A DNA stretch of 64,000 nt from Flammeovirgaceae bacterium UBA2338. Its GTDB lineage: Bacteria > Bacteroidota > Bacteroidia > Cytophagales > Cyclobacteriaceae. Below are positions 1 through 8,703 of the stretch, one piece after another; within the stretch, counting starts at the first letter, position 1; every line of letters begins with the position of its first letter. The DNA is taken from positions 66,062 through 130,061 of the forward strand of contig DDUM01000054.1 in NCBI GenBank assembly GCA_002344795.1, written 5' to 3'. A program made the translations under genes and the position numbers. The notes beneath the pieces were generated by a model. That model was given only the letters and a program-made list of their open reading frames with translations, had not been told where the DNA came from and did no database searches.

Positions 1-1545
1 ATCCCTTACCTGTCGGGATCGGCAGTAAAAGACAATGAGGCCGGTACCCCATCAGAATATGACCCGGGTGTAGGCTTCGATGCAAAGATTGCAGTGACAC
101 CAAGCCTCAATCTGGATATGACCGTCAATCCTGACTTTTCGCAGGTGGAGGTGGATCAGCAGGTAATCAATCTCACGCAATTTGAATTTGGTTTTCCTGA
201 AAGGAGACAATTCTTTTTAGAAAACAACGATTTATTTGAGCAACCAGGCTTCCCTGACACCCGGCCGTTTTTTTCCAGACGAATAGGATTAGTACGGGAT
301 TCATCAGGGGCCCTTCAAAAGGTGCCGATACAATACGGTGCCCGGCTCAGTGGTAAGCTGGGATCTAAATGGCGAGTGGGACTGATGAATATGCAAACGG
401 ATGATAAGCCTGCATTAGGATTGCCTAAGCAAAACTATACCGTGGGGGTTGTTCAACGGAACATTGGTCTTTCTAATATTGGTTTTGTGATGGTGAACAA
501 AGAGTCGTTGGGTGTTTCTGGTTATGACCCAACTACTTTCTATCATGAAAGCCTGGTGAAAGAAAATGTGGTGGGTACGGATACAACAAAAACATTAAGC
601 CGATACAACAGGGTGTTTGGCGTTGATTTTAATTTAAGAGGATTAAAAAATAAATTACGAGGAGACATGTACTACCATCAGTCCATTGATGCCGGAGTAA
701 GAGATGAGAACTATTCTTTTGGAACTTTTCTGGGGTACTATGGCAGAAATATAAGTATACTGTTGGCACAAAACGGAGCTGGAGAAAACTTCAATGCCGA
801 GGCAGGGTTTGTCCCCAAGTTGGGCGTATTCTCAGGATATTATTCCGGCTTTAGCCGCGTGGAGGGCAGGTTATTCCCCAAAAGCAACAAAATATCCAAT
901 ATGGGTCCCTTTGCTGAACTGAATTTTACCAATATTTCCGGGTGGCGGAACAGAGATAAAAATGTGAAAGTGGGATACTCCATCAGTTTTTTTAATACAG
1001 CGACTTTAGAGGCAAGCGGGGAGAAGAATTTTCAGCAGCTTACCCGTGATTTCAATCCCGTTGACTCTAAAACATACGATAGTTTTCTTAAAGGTGATTC
1101 TTATGATTGGAATAGGGCTTCCATCAGCTATTCCTCCGATCAGCGGCCACGCCTTACCTATAAGATTGGAGGAAGCGTGGGATCCTTTTATAATGGAACC
1201 AATAATAACGTAAATGGCCAGCTGAAGTACCGGTTTCAGCCTTATGGAAGCTTTTCTGTTCAATTTGATTACAATGACATCAACCTGCCGGGTAATTATG
1301 GTAAGAAAGAATTATTCCTGATTAGCCCTAAGCTGGACATTACTTTTACACAAAAGCTGTTTTTAACGGCATTTGCACAGTACAACGATCTTTCTGAGAA
1401 TGTAAACCTGAATACTAGATTTCAATGGAGATTTAAACCAGCTTCAGATTTTTTTGTTGTATACACAGAGAACTACTTGTCCAGCAATTTTGTCAATAAG
1501 AACAGGGCATTAGTACTCAAGTGGACTTACTGGTTTAATCTTTGA
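1..1545 (+). CDS. DUF5916-type outer-membrane beta-barrel protein, 5'-partial (frame is open from base 1)
   Basis: Frame 1 reads IPYLSGSAVKD...FDAKIAVTPSLNLDMTVNPDFSQVEVD...FPERRQFFLEN...PFFSRRIG and ends YWFNL; collinear with the 8704-10980 paralogue. Confidence 0.85.
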   Translation: MPYLSGSAVKDNEAGTPSEYDPGVGFDAKIAVTPSLNLDMTVNPDFSQVEVDQQVINLTQFEFGFPERRQFFLENNDLFEQPGFPDTRPFFSRRIGLVRDSSGALQKVPIQYGARLSGKLGSKWRVGLMNMQTDDKPALGLPKQNYTVGVVQRNIGLSNIGFVMVNKESLGVSGYDPTTFYHESLVKENVVGTDTTKTLSRYNRVFGVDFNLRGLKNKLRGDMYYHQSIDAGVRDENYSFGTFLGYYGRNISILLAQNGAGENFNAEAGFVPKLGVFSGYYSGFSRVEGRLFPKSNKISNMGPFAELNFTNISGWRNRDKNVKVGYSISFFNTATLEASGEKNFQQLTRDFNPVDSKTYDSFLKGDSYDWNRASISYSSDQRPRLTYKIGGSVGSFYNGTNNNVNGQLKYRFQPYGSFSVQFDYNDINLPGNYGKKELFLISPKLDITFTQKLFLTAFAQYNDLSENVNLNTRFQWRFKPASDFFVVYTENYLSSNFVNKNRALVLKWTYWFNL

Positions 1546-1614
1546 AATGGGTGCAGTAATGGCATCTTTAAACTATTTTTGTCCTGTAGTTTTGTTAGAC
1601 TTGATTGATGTATA

Positions 1615-2736
1615 ATGGCATTTGGGTTATTTAAGAAAAAGGAAAAAAAACAGGAGGGAGGTTATGGACCCCACTACCATGATCTGACCGTAAGCGATAT
1701 TATTGAAGAAACCAAGGATGCGATTACGATCGTCTTTGATCATCCTGCCGAAAAGAAAATAACCTACCGGCCGGGACAATTTCTCACACTCATTGTACCG
1801 GTAGGGGGTAAGGAGGTAAGAAGGGCTTATTCGCTGTGCTCCTCACCTTTTGTAGATGAATCGTTGGCCGTTACTGTAAAACGGGTGGATAACGGATTGA
1901 TGTCCAATCACCTTCCAGATCATTTGAAGAAGGGAGATAAGGTAAAGGTCATGGAGCCGATGGGTCAGTTTGTTACCGAATTTGACAAATCCAACAAAAG
2001 ACATCTAATCCTCTTCGCAGGAGGATCGGGAATTACTCCGATGATGTCCATTATCAAGAGTATTCTTAATCAAGAACCAGAAAGTATTCTGTCGTTGATT
2101 TACTGCAACAGGGACATTGATAGTATCATTTTCAAAGATCAACTGGAAAAAATACAGACTACCTTTGAAGGCAGGCTGCACATCATTCATGTGTTGGACA
2201 ATGCACCAATGAATTGGCAGGGATACTCAGGACTCCTCAATGGAGAGATGCTGGCTAAATTGGTAGAACGCATTCCTGATTGGGGAATTGATAAAACTAC
2301 TTACCTGATGTGTGGCCCGGAAGGGATGATGAAAAATGTAGATACCTTATTGGCGGCACGAAGTATTCCGAAAGAAAAAATATTCAAGGAAAGTTTTGTA
2401 CAGGGCACAATTGATAAGGCATCTAAAAAAGAAGAAGTAGCCGTTGCCGATGAGGAATTAAAAACAAGAGTGGTGACCATCCGATATGATGGGGAAGAGT
2501 ATAAGGTAGAGGTGCCACCCGATAAGTTCATCCTGGAGACGGCCCTGGATATGGGAATTGATCTTCCCTACTCTTGCCAAAGTGGGTTGTGTACAGCATG
2601 CAGAGGCAAAGCCTTGTCAGGAAAAGTAAAACTGGACGAAGAGGAGGGACTCTCTCAATCAGAAAGAGATGAAGGGTATGTGCTGACTTGTGTAGGTCAC
2701 CCCCTCACAGATGATGTAGTGATTGAAATAGGATAA
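1615..2736 (+). CDS. FAD/NAD(P)H-binding reductase with C-terminal [2Fe-2S] ferredoxin (PaaE-like oxygenase reductase)
   Basis: RAYSLCS FAD motif, AGGSGITP NAD motif, MCGP, C-terminal CQSGLCTAC...LTC. Confidence 0.85.
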   Translation: MAFGLFKKKEKKQEGGYGPHYHDLTVSDIIEETKDAITIVFDHPAEKKITYRPGQFLTLIVPVGGKEVRRAYSLCSSPFVDESLAVTVKRVDNGLMSNHLPDHLKKGDKVKVMEPMGQFVTEFDKSNKRHLILFAGGSGITPMMSIIKSILNQEPESILSLIYCNRDIDSIIFKDQLEKIQTTFEGRLHIIHVLDNAPMNWQGYSGLLNGEMLAKLVERIPDWGIDKTTYLMCGPEGMMKNVDTLLAARSIPKEKIFKESFVQGTIDKASKKEEVAVADEELKTRVVTIRYDGEEYKVEVPPDKFILETALDMGIDLPYSCQSGLCTACRGKALSGKVKLDEEEGLSQSERDEGYVLTCVGHPLTDDVVIEIG

Positions 2737-3693
2737 CTATTCATTAATCCATTCCACCGCTTTGTTAAAAATCATAGCGGGATCATTTACCAATTCATCA
2801 GGTGTCAGTTGACCGCGTTGCTCAGTCTCAGTTCTGTCGGCCAAAAAAGCAACTGTAAGATACAGTACTGAACCATCAGAAAGCGAGAAGGTTTGATTTC
2901 CACCTGCTCTTCCACAAGTTTGAGGTCCAAAACTGCGCGTATTGGTCTTTCCGATAAAGGCAATGGCCACTGCCTCTGCTGCGTTAGTGGTGGCATGATC
3001 TACAAGAATAGCCACCTTGCTCTGGGGGCTTAATAACGTATAGGGAAAACTTACGGCTACTACTGCTTTATCGTCATAGTGTGCAGCACCATCATTATAT
3101 CCAATTGCATTTTTTACATTATCACTGTCTACAAAATAACCTGCTGTGCCATTTCCTAATATTGGTCCTATTCCAGCCAGCATTGGCCACATATTACCTC
3201 CTGTGTTTCCGCGTAAGTCTATGATCCAACCTTTTAAATCCGCTTTGTCCTGAGCATTGATATCACCATGCATTTTTTCTGCGAAGATGGCAGCATTTAC
3301 ACCCGTGCTGCCAAACGAAGAAATTTTTATATAGCCGACACCATCAGGAACAGTTACTTCTGGTGCGGCAGTATCTGTGCAGGGCGTACTAAAAGTGAGG
3401 GGCTCTCCCAATCTGGTGATTAAAAAACTGGTCTGGTCATTGATCATTTCAAGCGCCAGAAGAACACTCTCTTTGGTATCATCAATGGTAGCAGCTGTAG
3501 TACCCTTTTGTTGAACGGCAAGTCGTAATGCACCCCAGTCAATTGACTTGCGGTTAACATGGTTTTGCTCCATATAATCCACCATCTGATTGAGGTACTC
3601 CTCTACGGTAGTTTGTTTGAAATAGGGCTCTTGCGTAGAGCATCCGAATTGAATCAACGCTATTACCAATATGCTTACAATCGATCTTTTCAT
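2737..3693 (-). CDS. S41 family peptidase-like lipoprotein; catalytic Ser position holds Asn
   Basis: Lipobox-like IQFGC, GYIKISSF, IIDLRGNTGGNM, LVDHATTNAAE in place of LVNxxSASASE; start set at ATG 3693. Confidence 0.8.
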   Translation of the reverse strand: MKRSIVSILVIALIQFGCSTQEPYFKQTTVEEYLNQMVDYMEQNHVNRKSIDWGALRLAVQQKGTTAATIDDTKESVLLALEMINDQTSFLITRLGEPLTFSTPCTDTAAPEVTVPDGVGYIKISSFGSTGVNAAIFAEKMHGDINAQDKADLKGWIIDLRGNTGGNMWPMLAGIGPILGNGTAGYFVDSDNVKNAIGYNDGAAHYDDKAVVAVSFPYTLLSPQSKVAILVDHATTNAAEAVAIAFIGKTNTRSFGPQTCGRAGGNQTFSLSDGSVLYLTVAFLADRTETEQRGQLTPDELVNDPAMIFNKAVEWINE

Positions 3694-3766
3694 GTTCTGT
3701 CTTCTAACTGGCAAAGCTAATTATTATTGCCTGGTTATTACTTCTGCAAGAAGGGGGATTTTAGCA

Positions 3767-5269
3767 TTACTTCATTTTTTGTAGTGTAAATCCTGCCAGA
3801 TCGAGTGCAGTTACTTCTCCAGCAGTATTGAGTTGGAAAAGGGCAGTCATATCACCATTCCACTTTTTTTCCATTGGGCCTTTGAAGGTGTCAAAGTTCC
3901 AGTGCGACAGCGTTGCCTTGTGCATGTTGTTAATATTCACTGATAAATTATTTCCATCAGTAGATACTTTCACTTCTCCCAGCAACTTATCTTGATAGGT
4001 TCCAGTGTAAGCAGATAGCGGTAGAGAAGGCTTTGTGTTTGCCACTCTTTTTTCATCTTGTGCTTTTTGAGCTGCTTTTCCTGCTTCAAAAAGCTGTGTA
4101 TAAAGTTTTAGAAAATCGCTGCTCCAGTCGGTGGTGCCTCCAAGTGCAAAGAGGTCAAAGGCTTTGTACATAAGTGCATGGCGTACTTCTACGTGATCGG
4201 TATTTCCAAATACGTACACTGCAATCCTTTCTTCTGGTATCTGCCCGTGAATGGCAATAGACCCCGGAAGGCTTCCGGTATGGAAATTTAATTTTCTTCC
4301 TTTGTAATCTTGCTGGAACCACCCTAAACCATAGGAGGTGAAATTTGGTTTGGTGAGTTGAGCGGTAGGATAAAACTCTGATGAAGGAACCAGTGTTTGC
4401 ACGCTAGTCATCTCCTCCCATGTTTTGGGTTGAACCAAACGACCACCCTCATATTTGCCGCTGTCTAACATGCTTTTTGTCCATTTACTGATGTCTTCAA
4501 TAGAAGACCAAACTGATCCAGCGGGCCCAATGGCATCCGCACTCATGTCTTCGATCACTATGTTTTTGCCCTCCATTTTCATGTGTGGCTTTGTTCTGTT
4601 TGTGTTGGGAGCCGCGTTTAGTGTGGGATAGGTGTTGTTCATTCCCAGAGGACTGAAAATTCTTTCTTTAACAAATTCTTCCCAGGGTTTTCCGCTTACT
4701 TTTTCTATTACCTGACCGGCAGCGAGATAGAAAATGTTTTGATAGATAAAACTCGACCGAAAAGAATAACTTGGCTTCACCCATCGCATCCTCTCCAATA
4801 TTTCTTCACTACTAATATCCATATAGCTCCATAAGAAATCGGTATTTCCTACACCACTGTTATGAAGAAAAAGGTCTTTAATTCTCATCTCTCGTGTTAC
4901 ATAGGGATCGTAGAGTTGAAACTCCGGCAGGTACTTTATAACAGGGTCGTTCCAATCCACCTTGCCTTCATCCACTAAGATGCCCATGCAAGTGGCCGTC
5001 ATGGCTTTGGTGGTAGAAGCACAGGCAAATAAAGTGTTGTTGTCTACTGCATTGTTGGTATTCAACTCACGCAAACCATATGCTTTTTTGAATATCACTT
5101 CGTTGTCTTTGACAACGGTAATAGCCAGTCCTACAGCGTCCCATTGCTTTCTCGCATTTTCTACATAAGTGTCAAACTCCTTAAGCTGTTGAGTAAGTGC
5201 TTTTGACTGTGCAAAAGCAAAGTTTATAGTAAGAACACCACAGAATAGAAGCAGGCCAATTTTTTTCAT
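3767..5269 (-). CDS. Serine hydrolase, beta-lactamase/class C family, with DUF3471-like C-terminal domain
   Basis: Signal peptide, ASTTK (SxxK), YQN (YxN), HTG; C-terminal LSAYTGTY. Confidence 0.85.
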   Translation of the reverse strand: MKKIGLLLFCGVLTINFAFAQSKALTQQLKEFDTYVENARKQWDAVGLAITVVKDNEVIFKKAYGLRELNTNNAVDNNTLFACASTTKAMTATCMGILVDEGKVDWNDPVIKYLPEFQLYDPYVTREMRIKDLFLHNSGVGNTDFLWSYMDISSEEILERMRWVKPSYSFRSSFIYQNIFYLAAGQVIEKVSGKPWEEFVKERIFSPLGMNNTYPTLNAAPNTNRTKPHMKMEGKNIVIEDMSADAIGPAGSVWSSIEDISKWTKSMLDSGKYEGGRLVQPKTWEEMTSVQTLVPSSEFYPTAQLTKPNFTSYGLGWFQQDYKGRKLNFHTGSLPGSIAIHGQIPEERIAVYVFGNTDHVEVRHALMYKAFDLFALGGTTDWSSDFLKLYTQLFEAGKAAQKAQDEKRVANTKPSLPLSAYTGTYQDKLLGEVKVSTDGNNLSVNINNMHKATLSHWNFDTFKGPMEKKWNGDMTALFQLNTAGEVTALDLAGFTLQKMK

Positions 5270-5335
5270 AAGAGCTTGTTTTTAGAAAGATATAAAATCA
5301 TATGTTAAAATACAGATCAACAAATTTCAATAACC

Positions 5336-5602
5336 CTATTGCCCTTTTTCGAGCGCTGATTTGTTCTTTTTTATTATTCTAAATATGGCCGGAATGGCTA
5401 TCAATACCCAAATGACATTGATGAGCGCTGAAGGAAATGCACCATAATATACAGTGTTGGCGATGAGAAAAGCGGCACCGGTAAGATTGAGAATTTGAAA
5501 CAGGAGAGAGCCAGAGTCTATCTTTTGGTAACTGTTTAATCCATAGGCGAGAATCACTTCCACCGATCCAATCCATCCAAGTATATCTATGAGTAATTTC
5601 AT
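5336..5602 (-). CDS. Small three-helix membrane protein (CBU_0592-like)
   Basis: Three hydrophobic segments, GWIG...AY and NLTGA...N.IW pattern; start set at ATG 5602. Confidence 0.65.
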   Translation of the reverse strand: MKLLIDILGWIGSVEVILAYGLNSYQKIDSGSLLFQILNLTGAAFLIANTVYYGAFPSALINVIWVLIAIPAIFRIIKKNKSALEKGQ

Positions 5603-5637
5603 GTTACATAAATATGCAATTTTGACGGGGTGGTCAA

Positions 5638-5698
5638 ATACGCGATTCAAATGTTGAGCTGTCAATTGTTAATCACAGTGAGTGTATACGCGATTCAA
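5638..5698. repeat. 13-bp direct repeat ATACGCGATTCAA, two copies (5638-5650, 5686-5698), in a divergent promoter region
   Basis: Read directly from the sequence; 48-bp period. Confidence 0.8.
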
Positions 5699-5773
5699 TA
5701 ATAATTTACTTTGATTTAGTTTTCCTAAATGATCAGAAATTATAAATGTGCTGGGTGGAGCAACCAATTTGAC

Positions 5774-5781
5774 TAAATTTG
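5774..5781 (+). promoter_or_regulatory. Bacteroidota -7 promoter element TAAATTTG
   Basis: Matches TAnnTTTG about 30 nt before ATG 5811. Confidence 0.5.
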
Positions 5782-5810
5782 CGCATCGATTTTTTACAAT
5801 CCACACATTC

Positions 5811-7535
5811 ATGAGTTCAGCACTATCTATTCCAAAAAGACCAGCACGCCAGTTTCTACCCGAAGATTTCACAGTAACCACCTGGGAGACTTTGAAACCT
5901 TATTTTGACAAGCTCATGGATATGGAGTTGTCTTCACTCGGTCAGCTAGAAAAATGGTTGAAGCACCGCAGTGAGTTAGAATCTGTTGTTTCTGAGGATG
6001 CAGGATGGAGATACATTCACATGACCTGCTTCACAGAAAATGAAGAGCATAGAAAGAGATATCAGGATTTTGTAGAAAACATTCAGCCACATATGTCACC
6101 CCTGTCGGATGCCCTTAACAAGAAATTGATGTCATGTGAATACATGAAATCCCTTGAAAAACAGGAAGGCTATGATATGATGGTGCGAAACATCAGAAAG
6201 GAAATTGAACTGTTCAGAGAGGCGAACATTCCATTGTTTACTGAGATCAACATGAAAACCCAGAAGTATGGGCAGATTTCTGGTGCGATGGCTGTTGAGA
6301 TAGATGGAAAGGAGCTGACCATGCAGCAGGCAGGTGTGTTGCTAATGTCTACCGATAGAGAAAAAAGAGAAACAGTTTACAGAACAATTCTGGAAAGAAG
6401 ACTTAAAGATAAAGAGACATTGGATCAATTGTTTTCGGAGTTGATCCAATTGCGAACCAAAGTGGCTTCCAATGCTGACTTTTCCAATTTTAGAGATTAC
6501 ATGTTTAAGTCTTATGGCCGTTTCGACTACACACCTGAAGACTGCTTTCAATTCCATGAAGCTATTCACTCTGCGGTAGTTCCTATTTTGGACAAGATGG
6601 CTCAGCGAAGAAAGGAAAAGTTGAGGGTATCTGCATTACGACCTTGGGATAAGGCTGTAGATCCTGAGGGGAGAGAGCCGCTAAAAGCATTTAAGGACGG
6701 AAAAGAACTTACAGAAAAAGCGATTACTGTATTTACAAAATTAGATCCTTATTTGGGCCAATGTCTCAGTATCATGCGTGAAATGGGACATCTGGATTTG
6801 GATTCCAGAAAAGGTAAAGCACCAGGTGGGTACAATTATCCTTTGGCTGAGATTGGCGTTCCGTTCATTTTTATGAACGCTACATCTACTCTGAGAGACA
6901 TGACAACCATCATGCACGAGGGGGGACATGCTGTACACAACTTCCTTACCATGGATTTAGCGCTCAATGATTTTAAATCGCCTCCAATGGAAGTGGCCGA
7001 ATTGGCCTCCATGTCCATGGAGCTGATTTCTATGGATCATTGGAATGTTTTCTTTGACAACGAAGCTGATTTAAAAAGAGCCAAGCTGGAGCACCTGGAA
7101 GATTTGATTGCTACCCTTCCCTGGGTGGCTACAATTGATAAGTACCAGCATTGGATATATGAAAACCCCGGACATACACCGGAGGAAAGAAAAGTGAACT
7201 GGAACAGAATTGTGGATGAATTCTCTGATAGTATTACAGACTGGAACGGACTTCAGGAGGGAAAAGACTACATGTGGCAGAAGCAGTTGCACTTATATGA
7301 AGTACCCTTTTACTACATAGAATATGGAATGGCTCAATTGGGAGCAATTGCGGTTTGGAGAAATTATAGAAAAGATCCGCAAAAGGGATTGCAGGGATAC
7401 ATGAATGCCTTAAGGTTAGGGTATATGAAAACGATCCCTGAAATTTATTCGGCAGCAGGTATTCGTTTCGACTTTAGTAAAGAATACATTAAGGAGTTAA
7501 TGGAGTTTGTAAAGCAAGAAATCGATAAAATCTAG
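5811..7535 (+). CDS. M3 family oligoendopeptidase (PepF-like)
   Basis: HEGGH zinc motif, GKAPGGY, EVAELASMSME, HLYEVPFYYIEY; start set at ATG 5811. Confidence 0.9.
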   Translation: MSSALSIPKRPARQFLPEDFTVTTWETLKPYFDKLMDMELSSLGQLEKWLKHRSELESVVSEDAGWRYIHMTCFTENEEHRKRYQDFVENIQPHMSPLSDALNKKLMSCEYMKSLEKQEGYDMMVRNIRKEIELFREANIPLFTEINMKTQKYGQISGAMAVEIDGKELTMQQAGVLLMSTDREKRETVYRTILERRLKDKETLDQLFSELIQLRTKVASNADFSNFRDYMFKSYGRFDYTPEDCFQFHEAIHSAVVPILDKMAQRRKEKLRVSALRPWDKAVDPEGREPLKAFKDGKELTEKAITVFTKLDPYLGQCLSIMREMGHLDLDSRKGKAPGGYNYPLAEIGVPFIFMNATSTLRDMTTIMHEGGHAVHNFLTMDLALNDFKSPPMEVAELASMSMELISMDHWNVFFDNEADLKRAKLEHLEDLIATLPWVATIDKYQHWIYENPGHTPEERKVNWNRIVDEFSDSITDWNGLQEGKDYMWQKQLHLYEVPFYYIEYGMAQLGAIAVWRNYRKDPQKGLQGYMNALRLGYMKTIPEIYSAAGIRFDFSKEYIKELMEFVKQEIDKI

Positions 7536-7981
7536 CCTCTTAGCTTGTCAAGAAGTCGGCTGAGTTGGTTGGCCTCGGCCTCAGTGAGGTTGCTCATTAT
7601 GTTATCCAGGGAGGATACCTGAGCATCGGACTTCTTGAGTAATTCCAGGCCTTGTTCGCTTATTTTAATACTGGCAGCACGTTTGTCTTCCGGACTCTTA
7701 TTTTTTACAATCAACTTCTTCAAAAGAAGACGATCCAACAGCCGGGAGACGTCAGAGTTTTTGTCCATCATTCTGGACTTTATTTCTGATCCTGATATTT
7801 GATTGGGATGCTGACCTCTTAGAATAGATAAGATATTAAACTGTTGTGAGGTAATGCCAAATTGAGAGAAGAAATCTTTATGTAGGTTGGCAAGCCAACC
7901 CGAGGTGTAGATGATGTTAATGGCAGCTTCCTGATAAATGTTTCTAAAACGAGATTGTTTTATTTCTTCTTTTATGTTCAT
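7532..7981 (-). CDS. MarR family transcriptional regulator
   Basis: ITSQQFNILSIL, VSRLLDRL, DKRAASIKISEQG winged-helix pattern. Confidence 0.9.
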   Translation of the reverse strand: MNIKEEIKQSRFRNIYQEAAINIIYTSGWLANLHKDFFSQFGITSQQFNILSILRGQHPNQISGSEIKSRMMDKNSDVSRLLDRLLLKKLIVKNKSPEDKRAASIKISEQGLELLKKSDAQVSSLDNIMSNLTEAEANQLSRLLDKLRG

Positions 7982-7993
7982 AGTGAAATAAAA

Positions 7994-8030
7994 ATAGGGA
8001 AGGAGCGCTATTTTAAAGAACCTTCCCTAT
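7994..8030 (-). terminator. Hairpin downstream of yceI
   Basis: ATAGGGAAGG (7994-8003) pairs with CCTTCCCTAT (8021-8030); T-rich tail on the minus strand; loop is long (17 nt). Confidence 0.5.
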
Positions 8031-8040
8031 AAAATATCTT

Positions 8041-8613
8041 TTAGACTTTGCTTAGCTGCAATTTACACTCAATCTCCACTTCATCCCCTACTACAAACTC
8101 TCCTGATTCTAGCTTGTTGCTCCATTTTAGGCCATACTCCTGACGGTTGAGTTTACCATTCAATTTAAAACCTGCCTTCATTTCCTTTCCGGTATTTATC
8201 GAGCCGCCATAATTCACATCAAAAACAACATCGTTGGTTACATCACGCATTGTAAGTTTGCCTTTTAGCTGATACTTGCTCCCTGTCTTCACCAAGTTCC
8301 CTTTGAAGGAAATAGTAGGGAATTTTTCAGCATTGAAAAAATCATCTGATCGCAAATGCCCGTCCCGTTTTTCATTTTCGGTATTAACTGACGCTACCTG
8401 AGCAATAAATTCCACTTCAGCTCCATTGAAATCTTCCGACTTAGCAGTCACCTTGCCTTCGAACTGTTTAAAATTCCCCTCGACTTCGGATATCATCATG
8501 TGAGTAACATTAAATCCTATCTTACTGTGTGCCTGATCGATCCTCCATGTGCCCTGTCCAAAAGCTAGGCTTACCAGGGTGCTTAATACGAGTATTGCTA
8601 TTGTTCTTTTCAT
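8041..8613 (-). CDS. YceI family lipid/polyisoprenoid-binding periplasmic protein
   Basis: Signal peptide, WRIDQAHSKIGF, RDGHLRSDDFF, GKLTMRDVT, LNRQEYGL. Confidence 0.9.
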   Translation of the reverse strand: MKRTIAILVLSTLVSLAFGQGTWRIDQAHSKIGFNVTHMMISEVEGNFKQFEGKVTAKSEDFNGAEVEFIAQVASVNTENEKRDGHLRSDDFFNAEKFPTISFKGNLVKTGSKYQLKGKLTMRDVTNDVVFDVNYGGSINTGKEMKAGFKLNGKLNRQEYGLKWSNKLESGEFVVGDEVEIECKLQLSKV

Positions 8614-8627
8614 GGTTTAAATATTTT

Positions 8628-8666
8628 ATTGTATAGTACAATGTAACTAAAACAATGTTTAAACAT
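8628..8666. promoter_or_regulatory. Two palindromes upstream of yceI-marR, candidate MarR operators
   Basis: ATTGTA-TAG-TACAAT (8628-8642) and ATGTTTAAACAT (8655-8666). Confidence 0.5.
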
Positions 8667-8703
8667 CTATAAATCCTGTTCTATCAAGATACGATATAGA
8701 ATG

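Noticed and set aside
1585-1600. GTTAG half-site upstream of the PaaE-like reductase
   Set aside because: No matching CTAAC arm, so not a PaaR-type operator
5638-5698. Mini-CRISPR interpretation of the 13-bp repeat
   Set aside because: Only two short units and no cas genes
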